Origin: Candidatus Thorarchaeota archaeon
GTDB lineage: Archaea; Asgardarchaeota; Thorarchaeia; Thorarchaeales; Thorarchaeaceae
Direction of reading: 5' to 3'
NCBI GenBank assembly: GCA_046758445.1
Contig: JBHIAE010000010.1
Location: 1 to 64,000, forward strand
Length of the DNA: 64,000 nt
The position numbers and the translations under genes are program-made. Position 1 is the first letter of the stretch. Each line of letters starts with the position of its first letter. The notes under the pieces were generated by a model. That model was not told the origin of the DNA. It saw nothing but the letters and a program-made list of their open reading frames with translations, and searched no databases. Below, piece after piece: positions 18,467 through 27,911 of the stretch.

Positions 18467-19498
18467 CTAGTAGCTACCTATCGCACTCTCGCGTCGGGTG
18501 GAATAGTCGCTTGGATAACTGAAAGTAGTGGCTATGCGATTGACACCAGCGTCTTTGGCCAACGCCTTTAGCTCCAGGAGCTGCTCGATTGACGTGACCC
18601 CCCATCGGAAGAGTGTGGCCATTCCACCACGGCGCTGAAACTCATTGGTGAAGTATAGAGATTCAATCAGCTCATCATACTCACCAGAACCTTCACTAGG
18701 CAGAATGGGACTCCATGGATAGAGATTGATGAGGACATTCCCAGTGATATCTAGGATGCTATTGTAGTCGTAGCCGTATTGACACTTGGCACCCTCGGAG
18801 AATCCTGTTTCAGGATCTAGAAGTACTTCAACCGAGATGCGCAGAGGATTCTCCCTGCCAACCTTCTCATCGGCATCACGTGCGGCCTCTTGCAGATGCT
18901 TGAGCCCCTGATTCACCTTGCCTGTCCGCCACTCGTGCCATTTGTCATGGTGCTCTGGTTCCTCAGTTATGTATTCATACGTCAAACGATTTGGCTCTTG
19001 ACCGACCATGGGTGCAAACTCGTTCCTGCACCTCTCACAGAAACAGAAGTGATCACGTATGAAGCCTGCACCGAAAAGCAGTATCTCATCAATGGGATAG
19101 GAGGCTAGCTCGCTGACAATCTCTGCGCCATATGCCCAAAACTCCTCTCTGTTCGGACATATCTGGTGAGGCATCACCTCGCCCCGCGGCGCGATCGTGA
19201 AGTACTTGGGGTCCTTTGCGAACCATGCATCCGTATAGAAGTCCATACCGGCAACAGTATGAATGTCCAGAGTGTTGGAGAGACTGATGAGTTCCTCAAA
19301 GAGTTGAGTGTGCTCCTCGTTCACAGGGGCTGTGCGGCTTGGATACATGGCATGTCCTGTGGGTGCCTTTCCGACAATTCCAATCGATTCCATGTAAGAC
19401 GCAAAGTTCGATATGAATTCCTTCGCAGACATTTCGATTTCAGTAGGTCTCAAGAGAATGAGGGGTTTGTGTAGGAAGAATTCCCTGAAATTAGGCAT
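18467..19498 (-). CDS. Hypothetical protein, glycoside-hydrolase-like TIM barrel with Cys cluster
   Basis: D.WFAKDPKY, ICPNREEF, FCFCERCRNEF and W.EWR motifs, as seen in GH42/GHL-type barrels. Confidence 0.6.
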   Translation of the reverse strand: MPNFREFFLHKPLILLRPTEIEMSAKEFISNFASYMESIGIVGKAPTGHAMYPSRTAPVNEEHTQLFEELISLSNTLDIHTVAGMDFYTDAWFAKDPKYFTIAPRGEVMPHQICPNREEFWAYGAEIVSELASYPIDEILLFGAGFIRDHFCFCERCRNEFAPMVGQEPNRLTYEYITEEPEHHDKWHEWRTGKVNQGLKHLQEAARDADEKVGRENPLRISVEVLLDPETGFSEGAKCQYGYDYNSILDITGNVLINLYPWSPILPSEGSGEYDELIESLYFTNEFQRRGGMATLFRWGVTSIEQLLELKALAKDAGVNRIATTFSYPSDYSTRRESAIGSY

Positions 19499-19627
19499 TT
19501 TGTCAACTCCGCCGGCAGTGAAATGTCTGCGGCTGTCCTTTAGCGTTTGACCTGTTGTATGCTATAAGAATTTCTTCGACACTCCTAGTCGGGCTGGATT
19601 TGACTTAAGTCATAGCTGGTCTCAGGA

Positions 19628-22432
19628 TTAGAAGAACTTGTCAAGAGTAGTGAAGCCTAAGAGCTCCTCAAAGTCAATTCCAACGGAATCCAAGACCTGC
19701 TCGAACACTGAACGTAGTGTATCAAGATACTTCTCTTTGTCAATCCAATAGGCTCGATCCTGAGCAAGTTGAATCGGTAGCACTCCTCCGTCACCTTTCG
19801 TCTTCATGTATTCCACGATGGTCCCAGGGGGAACCTCATAGCCCGCATCTCTGAGCATCTCTGCAGCCCTTACATGCTGCGGCTTTGATAGACCATAATC
19901 TCCCACGCGTTTGGTCATCTGGACTCGGAAGGCGAGCTCCTCGGGCGTGTAGGATTCGGTCTTCTCTTCCAGGCGGTCAATGACAGAGTTCACTATCTCC
20001 TTGATATCTTTCTTGGCAGTTTCAAACCCTTCCTCGCTCTCGACTCGGCTGAGAACGTCGAGCATCTTCTTGAATGCACCCTGTACGAAATCGGGAGTAT
20101 TACGTTTCTTCCCGCTCAAACCCTTGACTTCTACCCATCCGGACTCAAGGACGCCGATGTAGTTCTTCTTTCTCTCAGAGAGGGCCACATACTTGTAGGT
20201 CTTCTCAACCTCAAGATCAATTCCGAGCTCCTCTTGGGACCAGCGAACCAGCTCCGACTGCTGTTCCTCTGTTGGATTGTCTAGAAAGACAGAGTCTGTG
20301 TCACCGTAGAGGACCTTGACTCCCATGGATTCAGCCTTCTCCTGCGTCTTGACAATGGCATTGCGTCCATAGGCAGTGACACTTTCAGCTGCAGGCATGC
20401 AGAACAGCTCGAAGTGCTGCGCTCCTGTCACGCCATAGGATGCGTTCAGGAACACCTTCAGTGCTTTCTCAACGACGCCGTACCAGTTCATCGTTTCTTC
20501 GCCGAGAGACTTGTCCTTACTCTTGGGCTTGAACCAGTTCACGCGAGTATCTCTGAAAAAGCCAATCGTCTGACTGATCATCCCCTTGCGTTCACTACAC
20601 ACCCAATGGTCTGTTTCGGGAACACGATTATTCGGATCTAGTTTGCAGGATTCGTGAGGACAGTCGATTGTTTCATAGCTGATGTTGTGATGCTTCATGA
20701 TTGTCGGGTACAGACTGGCAAAATCGAGAACTGTCGCTTTGAAGTGCACTCCCGCAACAGGTTCTATCACAATCGCACCCTTGAAGCTCTTATCCTTGAT
20801 GATCGCCTCCGTCTGCGCTTCCGCTGACTTCACACTATCGATATCGACACGCCGAGGAATCAAGTATCCCTGTGACCTATGCTCCTGCCGAAACAATGAT
20901 TGAATCCATGAGGAGATGTACAGTCTCGTCACGTCTTCCATTGAAAGGCGTGAGATTCGCATCAGAAGAACAATCAGACGTAGGAGAAGATTGTTGTCGA
21001 AAGTAGTGAGTTGTAGAGTCAGATTAGTATCACGCCAGCAATAGTGAGCAAGTTCGTGATATGGCAGTGAGGAGATGTCAGTGCTGAGCTCGAGCTTCCC
21101 GATACCGAGCAGACCCTTGGTGATTGATTCCAGATTGAATTGCTCGTAGGCGCCCGACAGCGCGTAAAGGCGAATTGAGGGATTCTTCAAGAACCGATAC
21201 AAGTCGACGTGCACACCTCTCTGAAGCAGTGCAACATCTCTCCCTAGGTATATAGGACACTGCTTCGTCATGTCAATCCCAAGCCTCTCTGCACGGTGAT
21301 ACAAGTAGCTTAGATCGAATGCGTCCCCCACAAACGTCAAGACGATTGGATAGCTATCGATTGTTTTGAACGCATCGACAAGCATCTCCTTCTCATCATC
21401 ATAGAAAACAATCTCCATCTCTGGCGGGTAATCTTTGCTCTTCGGGCCCTCTGATATCCCCGCCCTTTTCAGAAGGAAGCACTTGTCGCAGCCTTCATTG
21501 TCAGAGAGTCCAATAGCAATCACTTCATACGGTGCAGTCCTCGCATCTGGAATCCTGTTCTTCACAGGTGTATAGACCTCAATGTCAATTGCAATACGGC
21601 GAATGTCGGGTACTTCGGTGAACAACATAGGAGCATACTCAGAGATCAATCTCTCAGTGCCCTCTTCGGCACCAATTGCGCTCCTAAACTCCCTGAGCAG
21701 TTTCTTGTCAAGTTCGGGTGAGCTCGGAACGAGGCTTCCTTTCTCAATTCTGTAAGGAAGACCTGATACTATGTTAGTGTCATATGTGTAACAATTGCGA
21801 TAGCGGATTGCGGCCTCCCATGCGTGACTAACGGTTTGGTCTCCAGAAGCATCTACCAGACGGTCTCTGATTGCTCCAGCGGATCCTCCAATAGAGAGTG
21901 GGTCACTAGCAATCACCTTGGTCATCTTCACAGGTTCATCCCGGAGTAGGTCGGTCAGCTCTACCTCCTCTGAATGTACAAACCCACCGTGACGACCAAT
22001 CTTCTGTTCCGCAATCTGCACTGGATAGTCGGTGTAGCAGTAGGGCTGATGGCCAGTGTTGTCAAACCAGAAGTAGATTCTCTTGTCATCAGGGTTGTAG
22101 AGCCTTGCGAACGCCTTTCTCTGAGCGCCTGCATAGTCAACAGAGAGGAGATAGGAGGGTGCTAGGTCTTCTGGAGTTTCCCGTTCACCTACACGCAGCT
22201 CTGAAACAGTTTCCTCTGTTTCATCAATCATAACTTTGTCTTCGATTTCTTCTTCCTCGGAGAGAGCATTGTGGGATTCAGATGCTTGTTCAATCTGATT
22301 CTCCTTCGCTGGAATGGCTCCTTCTTTCGGAGGCTCCTCTGCCGGCTCTTCTGACTCATCGACCTCGGATGAGTCGAAAAAATCCTCAAGACTCGACTGG
22401 GAGTCGTCTTCGGGCCTCTTATCTTTCGCCAA
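19628..22432 (-). CDS. polB: Family B DNA polymerase (PolB1 type)
   Basis: DIEV exonuclease motif, DFASLYP, KVFLNASYGV, YGDTDS, KKNY; N-terminal LLSVDY...DNTGHQPY typical of PolB1. Confidence 0.96.
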   Translation of the reverse strand: MAKDKRPEDDSQSSLEDFFDSSEVDESEEPAEEPPKEGAIPAKENQIEQASESHNALSEEEEIEDKVMIDETEETVSELRVGERETPEDLAPSYLLSVDYAGAQRKAFARLYNPDDKRIYFWFDNTGHQPYCYTDYPVQIAEQKIGRHGGFVHSEEVELTDLLRDEPVKMTKVIASDPLSIGGSAGAIRDRLVDASGDQTVSHAWEAAIRYRNCYTYDTNIVSGLPYRIEKGSLVPSSPELDKKLLREFRSAIGAEEGTERLISEYAPMLFTEVPDIRRIAIDIEVYTPVKNRIPDARTAPYEVIAIGLSDNEGCDKCFLLKRAGISEGPKSKDYPPEMEIVFYDDEKEMLVDAFKTIDSYPIVLTFVGDAFDLSYLYHRAERLGIDMTKQCPIYLGRDVALLQRGVHVDLYRFLKNPSIRLYALSGAYEQFNLESITKGLLGIGKLELSTDISSLPYHELAHYCWRDTNLTLQLTTFDNNLLLRLIVLLMRISRLSMEDVTRLYISSWIQSLFRQEHRSQGYLIPRRVDIDSVKSAEAQTEAIIKDKSFKGAIVIEPVAGVHFKATVLDFASLYPTIMKHHNISYETIDCPHESCKLDPNNRVPETDHWVCSERKGMISQTIGFFRDTRVNWFKPKSKDKSLGEETMNWYGVVEKALKVFLNASYGVTGAQHFELFCMPAAESVTAYGRNAIVKTQEKAESMGVKVLYGDTDSVFLDNPTEEQQSELVRWSQEELGIDLEVEKTYKYVALSERKKNYIGVLESGWVEVKGLSGKKRNTPDFVQGAFKKMLDVLSRVESEEGFETAKKDIKEIVNSVIDRLEEKTESYTPEELAFRVQMTKRVGDYGLSKPQHVRAAEMLRDAGYEVPPGTIVEYMKTKGDGGVLPIQLAQDRAYWIDKEKYLDTLRSVFEQVLDSVGIDFEELLGFTTLDKFF

Positions 22433-22530
22433 ATCCTCTCACTGATATTGTGAAATGACTAGCCCTGATAAGCACTTCCAATTGTGAGAATGGCGAACCC
22501 TTCATTAATCAGGAAGGTTCTGCTGCCTTC

Positions 22531-22965
22531 ATGGTTCGTACAAAACTCACAGCTGTCAAGGGTGCCATAATCTCACGAATGGAGCCCGGAGAAGACATTC
22601 TCAATACAATTGAGACCGTGGCCGCAAATCATGGTATCAAATCAGGCCAACTCTCACTAATAGGAGCGGTTTCAAGGGCCAAACTTGGTTATTTTGACCG
22701 AGCTTCCGGAGAGTACAAGGATTTCGTGGTCGACAGAGATCTCGAAGTTGTTTCTTGCGTGGGAAACATCTCACACACAAGAGATGGCAGACTAGTTGTT
22801 CATGCTCACATAGTGGTTGCTGACGAAAACGGCAAATGCTACGGAGGTCACCTATTGGCCGGTTGCGAGGTTTCAGTCACCATCGAGCTAGTGATTCTTG
22901 AAATGGAATCCGAGATCTTCCGAGCGAAGGACGAGCTGACTGGCCTAAACCTCATGGACATCTAG
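22531..22965 (+). CDS. PPC/DUF296 domain protein
   Basis: IGAV, EVVSCVGNIS, HAH, GGHL motifs. Confidence 0.92.
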   Translation: MVRTKLTAVKGAIISRMEPGEDILNTIETVAANHGIKSGQLSLIGAVSRAKLGYFDRASGEYKDFVVDRDLEVVSCVGNISHTRDGRLVVHAHIVVADENGKCYGGHLLAGCEVSVTIELVILEMESEIFRAKDELTGLNLMDI

Positions 22966-22978
22966 CCGTTGGTGCATT

Positions 22979-23416
22979 TCAGACACTTGGACTGGCCTCT
23001 CCGATAAGCTTGGCGAGATTGTCAAGTTCATCCCTTGGTGCTATTTCATCCCGGTATCCAGGGGGAAACTTGAAACCAAATGCGTCACCACTGTTTCGAG
23101 GAATTATGTGAAAATGGAGATGAGAGACCTCTTGACCAGCACCAGGACCGTTGGCTGCCACGTTCAGGACGCCTTGTGGACCAAGTACGGTATTGACCTT
23201 ACGTGTGAGCTTGGCCAGACGCTTACTCAGATGAGCGAGAAGTTCGAGGTCAATGTCGAATAGGTTGACGTAGTGCTCCTTTGGAATCAGAAGACAATGG
23301 CCTTTGGTTACCGGAAAGATGTCCATGAATGCCATTGAGAGGTCGTCTTCAAAGATGACAGAAGCGGGCATCTCTCGGTTGACGATTTTGCAGAACACAC
23401 AATCATTCATAGTCAC
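22979..23416 (-). CDS. HIT family nucleotide hydrolase
   Basis: CVFC, GHCLLIPK, AGQEVSHLHFHIIPR histidine triad. Confidence 0.95.
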   Translation of the reverse strand: MTMNDCVFCKIVNREMPASVIFEDDLSMAFMDIFPVTKGHCLLIPKEHYVNLFDIDLELLAHLSKRLAKLTRKVNTVLGPQGVLNVAANGPGAGQEVSHLHFHIIPRNSGDAFGFKFPPGYRDEIAPRDELDNLAKLIGEASPSV

Positions 23417-23528
23417 AGGCGAAGCAGAATAGCGTGATAAAACATTTGAACCCTAGAGGATACCTGCGCAAGTCTCATTAGTTGTCCCTCATGCACTCTA
23501 ATCATACAGGACAGTAGGTGCCCCAGCC

Positions 23529-24695
23529 TTGAGCGGAAGAAGGAAACTAGTCTTCTTTGACCAGACACAAAATGAGCGCGGCAGAATAGACACCACATAT
23601 TCGGAGCTTGCCAAACTCCTAAGAAACAATGATTTCGATGTTGAACCATACACCGAGTTCATGATTCTTGCAAAGAACATTGAGAATGCTGATGTCATCG
23701 TCTTCGGTTGTCCGAATAGCTCGAAGCTTAGACCTGCTGAAATCGATGTCCTAAAACGATACGTGCAGAAGGGTGGAGGCCTATTATTGCTCTCTCTATC
23801 CGGAGGGGACAGAGGCCTCATGAACAACATGAGCCAAATCTCGAGAGGTTTTGGAATAAGCTTCGAGAACACCGCGTTCCGTGATGAACGTAGTAATGCG
23901 GGAATCCCCACAATGCCCATCATCACAGACCTAATATCGCATCCTGTCAATGAAGGGATAGAGGACTTGCTTGTGCCATCAAGTTGTACATTGAAGGTCA
24001 CTGCGAAGGGGACGGTTCTTGCCTCATCTTCAAACACAGGAGACCCTCCTAACAAACCGATTGTGGCCATTGCAGAACCCAAAAAGGGGCGGATGATCTG
24101 CGTAGGAAGTTATGAGGTATTCAGAAGAGGAGGCGGAATGAAACATCCAGGAAACAAGCAGTTTGCAGTTAATACGTTCAAGTGGCTGAGTGGAGAAGTC
24201 AGTCTTGTCAAACCTAGCGAAGTGGATGACGCAAAGAAGGTAACGGCAGCCAAGGCTAGGGTTTCCAAGAGAGAAGCTGCAGAGATGGAGAAGACTATGC
24301 GGAGACTCGTAAACGCAGTCTTCGACCTACAAAAGGACATAGGAAAGGTCGCCAAACAAGTGACGAATGTGGAGAGGAATGTCGAGCTGTTGCGAGATCA
24401 GTTTCAAGATTTCGCTGAAAAGACGCAGACCCAACTGGGCGTGATGATTCCAGCGGGGCAATTCAGGACTGAGGAGGAGAATCAGGCCGCAGAGATTGAG
24501 GCTGACATTAAAGCGCTGGAGAAAGAAGTTAGGTCAGTTCGCCAGCTTAGAGATCACGTTGAAGGGAAACATTCCTCCGGGGCTATGCCCAAGGAAACTT
24601 ACATGGAGCAGGCAGAGAAACTAGATGGAAGACTGAGGAGTCTTGAGAAGAGACTCAAGGGTCGGAAGAAGGAATTAGAGAAGATTCTCAGTTAG
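23529..24695 (+). CDS. GIFT-domain (IFT52/GldG-like) protein with C-terminal coiled coil
   Basis: EIDVLKRYVQKGGGLLLL...GG, N.....FGI, P.SCTL.V, P.NKPI.A, G.....GS, N......FKWL; no signal peptide; heptad-rich C-terminus. Confidence 0.75.
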   Translation: MSGRRKLVFFDQTQNERGRIDTTYSELAKLLRNNDFDVEPYTEFMILAKNIENADVIVFGCPNSSKLRPAEIDVLKRYVQKGGGLLLLSLSGGDRGLMNNMSQISRGFGISFENTAFRDERSNAGIPTMPIITDLISHPVNEGIEDLLVPSSCTLKVTAKGTVLASSSNTGDPPNKPIVAIAEPKKGRMICVGSYEVFRRGGGMKHPGNKQFAVNTFKWLSGEVSLVKPSEVDDAKKVTAAKARVSKREAAEMEKTMRRLVNAVFDLQKDIGKVAKQVTNVERNVELLRDQFQDFAEKTQTQLGVMIPAGQFRTEEENQAAEIEADIKALEKEVRSVRQLRDHVEGKHSSGAMPKETYMEQAEKLDGRLRSLEKRLKGRKKELEKILS

Positions 24696-24702
24696 TCGGC
24701 TC

Positions 24703-26193
24703 CTACTCTCGATTCCTAGCTGCGGCCCGATTCCGGATTTGTGTGTCGAGTCTTCTGATTGGGGAAGTGACCCTTTGATATACTTCTGAGAAGGGCTTAT
24801 GAAGGACGTAACCGAGAATGATTAGAAAGAGGAACAGCAGGTAGAAGTTGCGATCAGGCACCAACACAAGGAAACTGATCAATAGTGGGACGGCAATCAT
24901 AGGCAGGGAAATCCTTGCGGAATATGGCTCCCGCCGGCAAATTGCGGATGTTGACATGATGCTAAAGAATGGAACAAGCGCAACCATGTAGTACTTGTAG
25001 ATGCCCCGAGGCGAGAAGAAATGTGCCCAGAACAGCAGGACTAGGGTCAGGAAGAGCATTCTTCTCCAGTAGCCCTCAAGGTTGCGATCATCCTTCACCT
25101 CAAGAAGCATCATAGCTAAGAGCGGCAGTATACCCAAAGTCAATGCGACCGAATAGTAGGTGATTAGATTCACTGCTTGGATAAGCCATTCGGGAGCACC
25201 AAGGATAATCAGTACAACTGCGGGCGTTATTGGGTTGTTTATGGGAGGCGGAGTTGTGAGGTCTCTTAGCAAGGTAGCACCAACGCGCTGAAAGATATAG
25301 AAGAAGTAGTTGGAGAAATCAATGAGGTATGGCATAGAGAGAGCGCCTGCAAAGAGCAATACAATGATGGCAATCTTGGCGAATCCTTTGAGGTCGAAAT
25401 CATCACTTGTAGGTTTCTTTGTAGTCGACTCTGTGTCCTCTGAATCATCACCCATTTCTAGTGGTCCTGGAGGTTTCTTTAGTAGCACTGCAACGAGTGG
25501 CAAAGCCAGAAAGAATGCCGTTTGTTTGAAGAATGCAGCTGTGGTCAACGCGAGAGCTCCAGAAACGCGTCTGTTCTTAATGACGAGGTAGAATGAGAGT
25601 ACCGCAAAGAAGACAAAAGGTGCGGGATTCAGCCATTCGAAAGCAGTATGGTAAAGGACTATGGGGTTTAGCAGATACATAGCGGCTGATACTGCTCCCA
25701 CATCTCGGTTCTGTGAGAGGTATGTCGCAATCCCGTAGACAGGGAACGACGTGAGAAATCCAAACCCTGAGATCAGCAGGCCGATACCGATGTCTGGGTG
25801 GATTATCTCACCAAGAGCGCACATGTAGACGTACAGCGGCGGAAAGAAGTAGATAACATTGTACTCTGTGCTACCTCGAAACAGCCGATTGAAATCATCT
25901 GTATAGGGCATGCGACCGCTCAGAAACTGATCTGCCCAGCTATGGTAGAAGTAGTCATGGTCTGCCCAGCCCTCAAAATGCACTGCAAGTGTATAGCCGA
26001 AGATGTCGATGCTACCCTCGCCATTCCAGACAGCTCTTGGCCAGTTCGGGTTTGCGACAAACTCAGTAGCGGCTCGGATGAACATCATCGTCCATACAAA
26101 TGAGGCTGTGACAATAACAATCAGAAAGAGCCAGTGTCTACGTATTAGGACCAATAAGCGGTCCGATGTTCCACTTGATTGTTTGCTCATCAA
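24703..26193 (-). CDS. GT-C fold multi-pass membrane glycosyltransferase (GT87/PIG-M/ArnT-like), paralog 1
   Basis: FEGWAD...Y, G.MPY, YFFPPL, LLNP, FKQTAF, RGIYKYY; more than 10 TM segments. Confidence 0.75.
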   Translation of the reverse strand: MMSKQSSGTSDRLLVLIRRHWLFLIVIVTASFVWTMMFIRAATEFVANPNWPRAVWNGEGSIDIFGYTLAVHFEGWADHDYFYHSWADQFLSGRMPYTDDFNRLFRGSTEYNVIYFFPPLYVYMCALGEIIHPDIGIGLLISGFGFLTSFPVYGIATYLSQNRDVGAVSAAMYLLNPIVLYHTAFEWLNPAPFVFFAVLSFYLVIKNRRVSGALALTTAAFFKQTAFFLALPLVAVLLKKPPGPLEMGDDSEDTESTTKKPTSDDFDLKGFAKIAIIVLLFAGALSMPYLIDFSNYFFYIFQRVGATLLRDLTTPPPINNPITPAVVLIILGAPEWLIQAVNLITYYSVALTLGILPLLAMMLLEVKDDRNLEGYWRRMLFLTLVLLFWAHFFSPRGIYKYYMVALVPFFSIMSTSAICRREPYSARISLPMIAVPLLISFLVLVPDRNFYLLFLFLIILGYVLHKPFSEVYQRVTSPIRRLDTQIRNRAAARNRE

Positions 26194-26287
26194 TCTAGCT
26201 CCTCGTCAGGGTGTAGCCATCGACATCTTGATTCTCGGAGTGAGTGTTCAGACTACCATTGGGGTATGCATATGAATGCATTCTCTC
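26141..26287 (+). repeat. Imperfect 147-bp direct repeat, copy 1
   Basis: Ungapped match to 27765-27911 (offset 1624), 27 mismatches counted by hand (~82%). Confidence 0.93.
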
Positions 26288-26393
26288 TTCGCCTCTGACA
26301 TTGCCTTCCAATGAACACCGAAATCATCATGTGTTGTAGCGTCAGGGAGTAACTGGACTCAAAAAGGTCCCGTCGGAGAGTCACTCGAGTGAG

Positions 26394-27734
26394 GTGACTG
26401 CAATCCCAAAGAAAAAGGACATAGATAGCCTCCTTGGAAACGCTAGGAGCATGTTGGCACAGGGAAGACTCGGTGACGCTCATGATCATGCAAAACGTGC
26501 CCTCAGCATTGCGACTGATATACTGCAGATCGCGGAAATACAGATGTTGTTGGGAGAGGTCTTCCGAAGTAGGGAAGAATGGAGTACGGCTGTGGCCCAT
26601 TTCAGAAAGGCCACAGAGATTGACACTGAGAACAAAGAGGCATGGCTCGGTCTTGCAGAGTCCTTGGAGAGTTCCGGGAAGGGAGATGATTGGAAGACTG
26701 CAGCCGAGAAGACAGTCCAACTGGGAGGAGGCGATTCAAGCCTCCGTTCTAAACTAGCTGATTACATTGCAGTCGACGAGGGGACCGACCGGGCCAAGGT
26801 CCAAATCGCCCTCAACCAGAACGAGGAAGCGGAGAAGACTCTCAAGGAGCTGATTCCCTTGCTTCCTAGTGATCCGAAAGGCAACGATGAATTGCGATGG
26901 ACAACCGTTCTCCTTCAGCTGGGCCAAGTTAAGAGAAGATTGGGCAAGTATGAGGAGTTGGAAGCTTGTTCTAAGAAACTCCTGAGCTTCAAGAAAGTCC
27001 ATGATGTACTTCTATTTCGAGGCATTATGAACATCAAAGTTGACCTCGCTGTGGCTCTCAAGGGACAGAACAAGATGGAGGAGCTAGATACTCTCGTGAA
27101 AGAGGTCCTAGCCGTTACACCAGATGATTCAGAAACGCTGTTTCAGAAGGGTCTTCTTCTCGGCTCAATAGAGCATCATTATGAGGCGGTCAAATACCTT
27201 CGTCAAAGTCTGAAGATGGACCGATTTGATGCAAGAGCCATGCATAGGCTCAAGTTTGAACTCGAAACAATTGGCGATGCAAGAACGCAGTTCTGGTGTC
27301 CACACTGCCAGGAGAAATACACTATCCCAGTCTATCCAACAGACCCAGCTGGAATCCCGACCATGGTGTTCTATATCAAGACAGAGGACGTAATCCCAGA
27401 CAGTGTTAGACATGTATCGTGCCGGTCATGTGGCAGAATGACTGCTCTCATACTCTGGGTGTGTAGAAACTGCCTAGAGGGTTATGCTGGGTCACTCCAA
27501 GTTAGAGTCGATCCAGCCTCTCCAATAGTCCGAGGACAAGGGCGCGAAACATACTATCATCGCGTGGGTAGGGCCTGTGACTCGTGCGAAGAGAATGAAC
27601 CACGTGTGCACATCAGAAATAAGGATCCTAGAGAGAAACGTTTCTTCGAAGGTATGTTGACACTTAGGCCAGACCTGGTCGAACAGATTCGCGTCTTTGA
27701 CCAAGTAGAGAGTGAAATGAATCAATTCGAATAA
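26394..27734 (+). CDS. TPR-repeat protein with C-terminal Cys-rich (zinc-binding) domain
   Basis: TPR helices (LGEVFRSREEWSTAVAHFRKA, KGLLLGSIEHHYEAVKYLRQSL); CPHC, CRSC, CRNC, CDSC pairs. Confidence 0.82.
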   Translation: MTAIPKKKDIDSLLGNARSMLAQGRLGDAHDHAKRALSIATDILQIAEIQMLLGEVFRSREEWSTAVAHFRKATEIDTENKEAWLGLAESLESSGKGDDWKTAAEKTVQLGGGDSSLRSKLADYIAVDEGTDRAKVQIALNQNEEAEKTLKELIPLLPSDPKGNDELRWTTVLLQLGQVKRRLGKYEELEACSKKLLSFKKVHDVLLFRGIMNIKVDLAVALKGQNKMEELDTLVKEVLAVTPDDSETLFQKGLLLGSIEHHYEAVKYLRQSLKMDRFDARAMHRLKFELETIGDARTQFWCPHCQEKYTIPVYPTDPAGIPTMVFYIKTEDVIPDSVRHVSCRSCGRMTALILWVCRNCLEGYAGSLQVRVDPASPIVRGQGRETYYHRVGRACDSCEENEPRVHIRNKDPREKRFFEGMLTLRPDLVEQIRVFDQVESEMNQFE

Positions 27735-27764
27735 TCCGCTACCCTTCCAACGGCAGCATCCGTT

Positions 27765-27911
27765 CGCATCAGGACCAGTAAGCGGTCTGTTCTTCCACTT
27801 GATTGGCTGCTCATCAATCTAGCCCCTTGTTGCAGTATCGCCTTCGACATCTTGTTCTTTGGACTGAGTGTTTAGACTCTCATCGGGGTACGCATATGAA
27901 TGCATTCTCTC
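27765..27911 (+). repeat. Imperfect 147-bp direct repeat, copy 2
   Basis: Matches 26141-26287; spans the stop of GT-C paralog 2 plus a remnant 5' end of paralog 1. Confidence 0.93.

Noticed and set aside
26141-27911. IS element or CRISPR interpretation of the direct repeats
   Set aside because: Only two copies, 147 bp long and derived from coding sequence; no transposase, terminal inverted repeats or spacers
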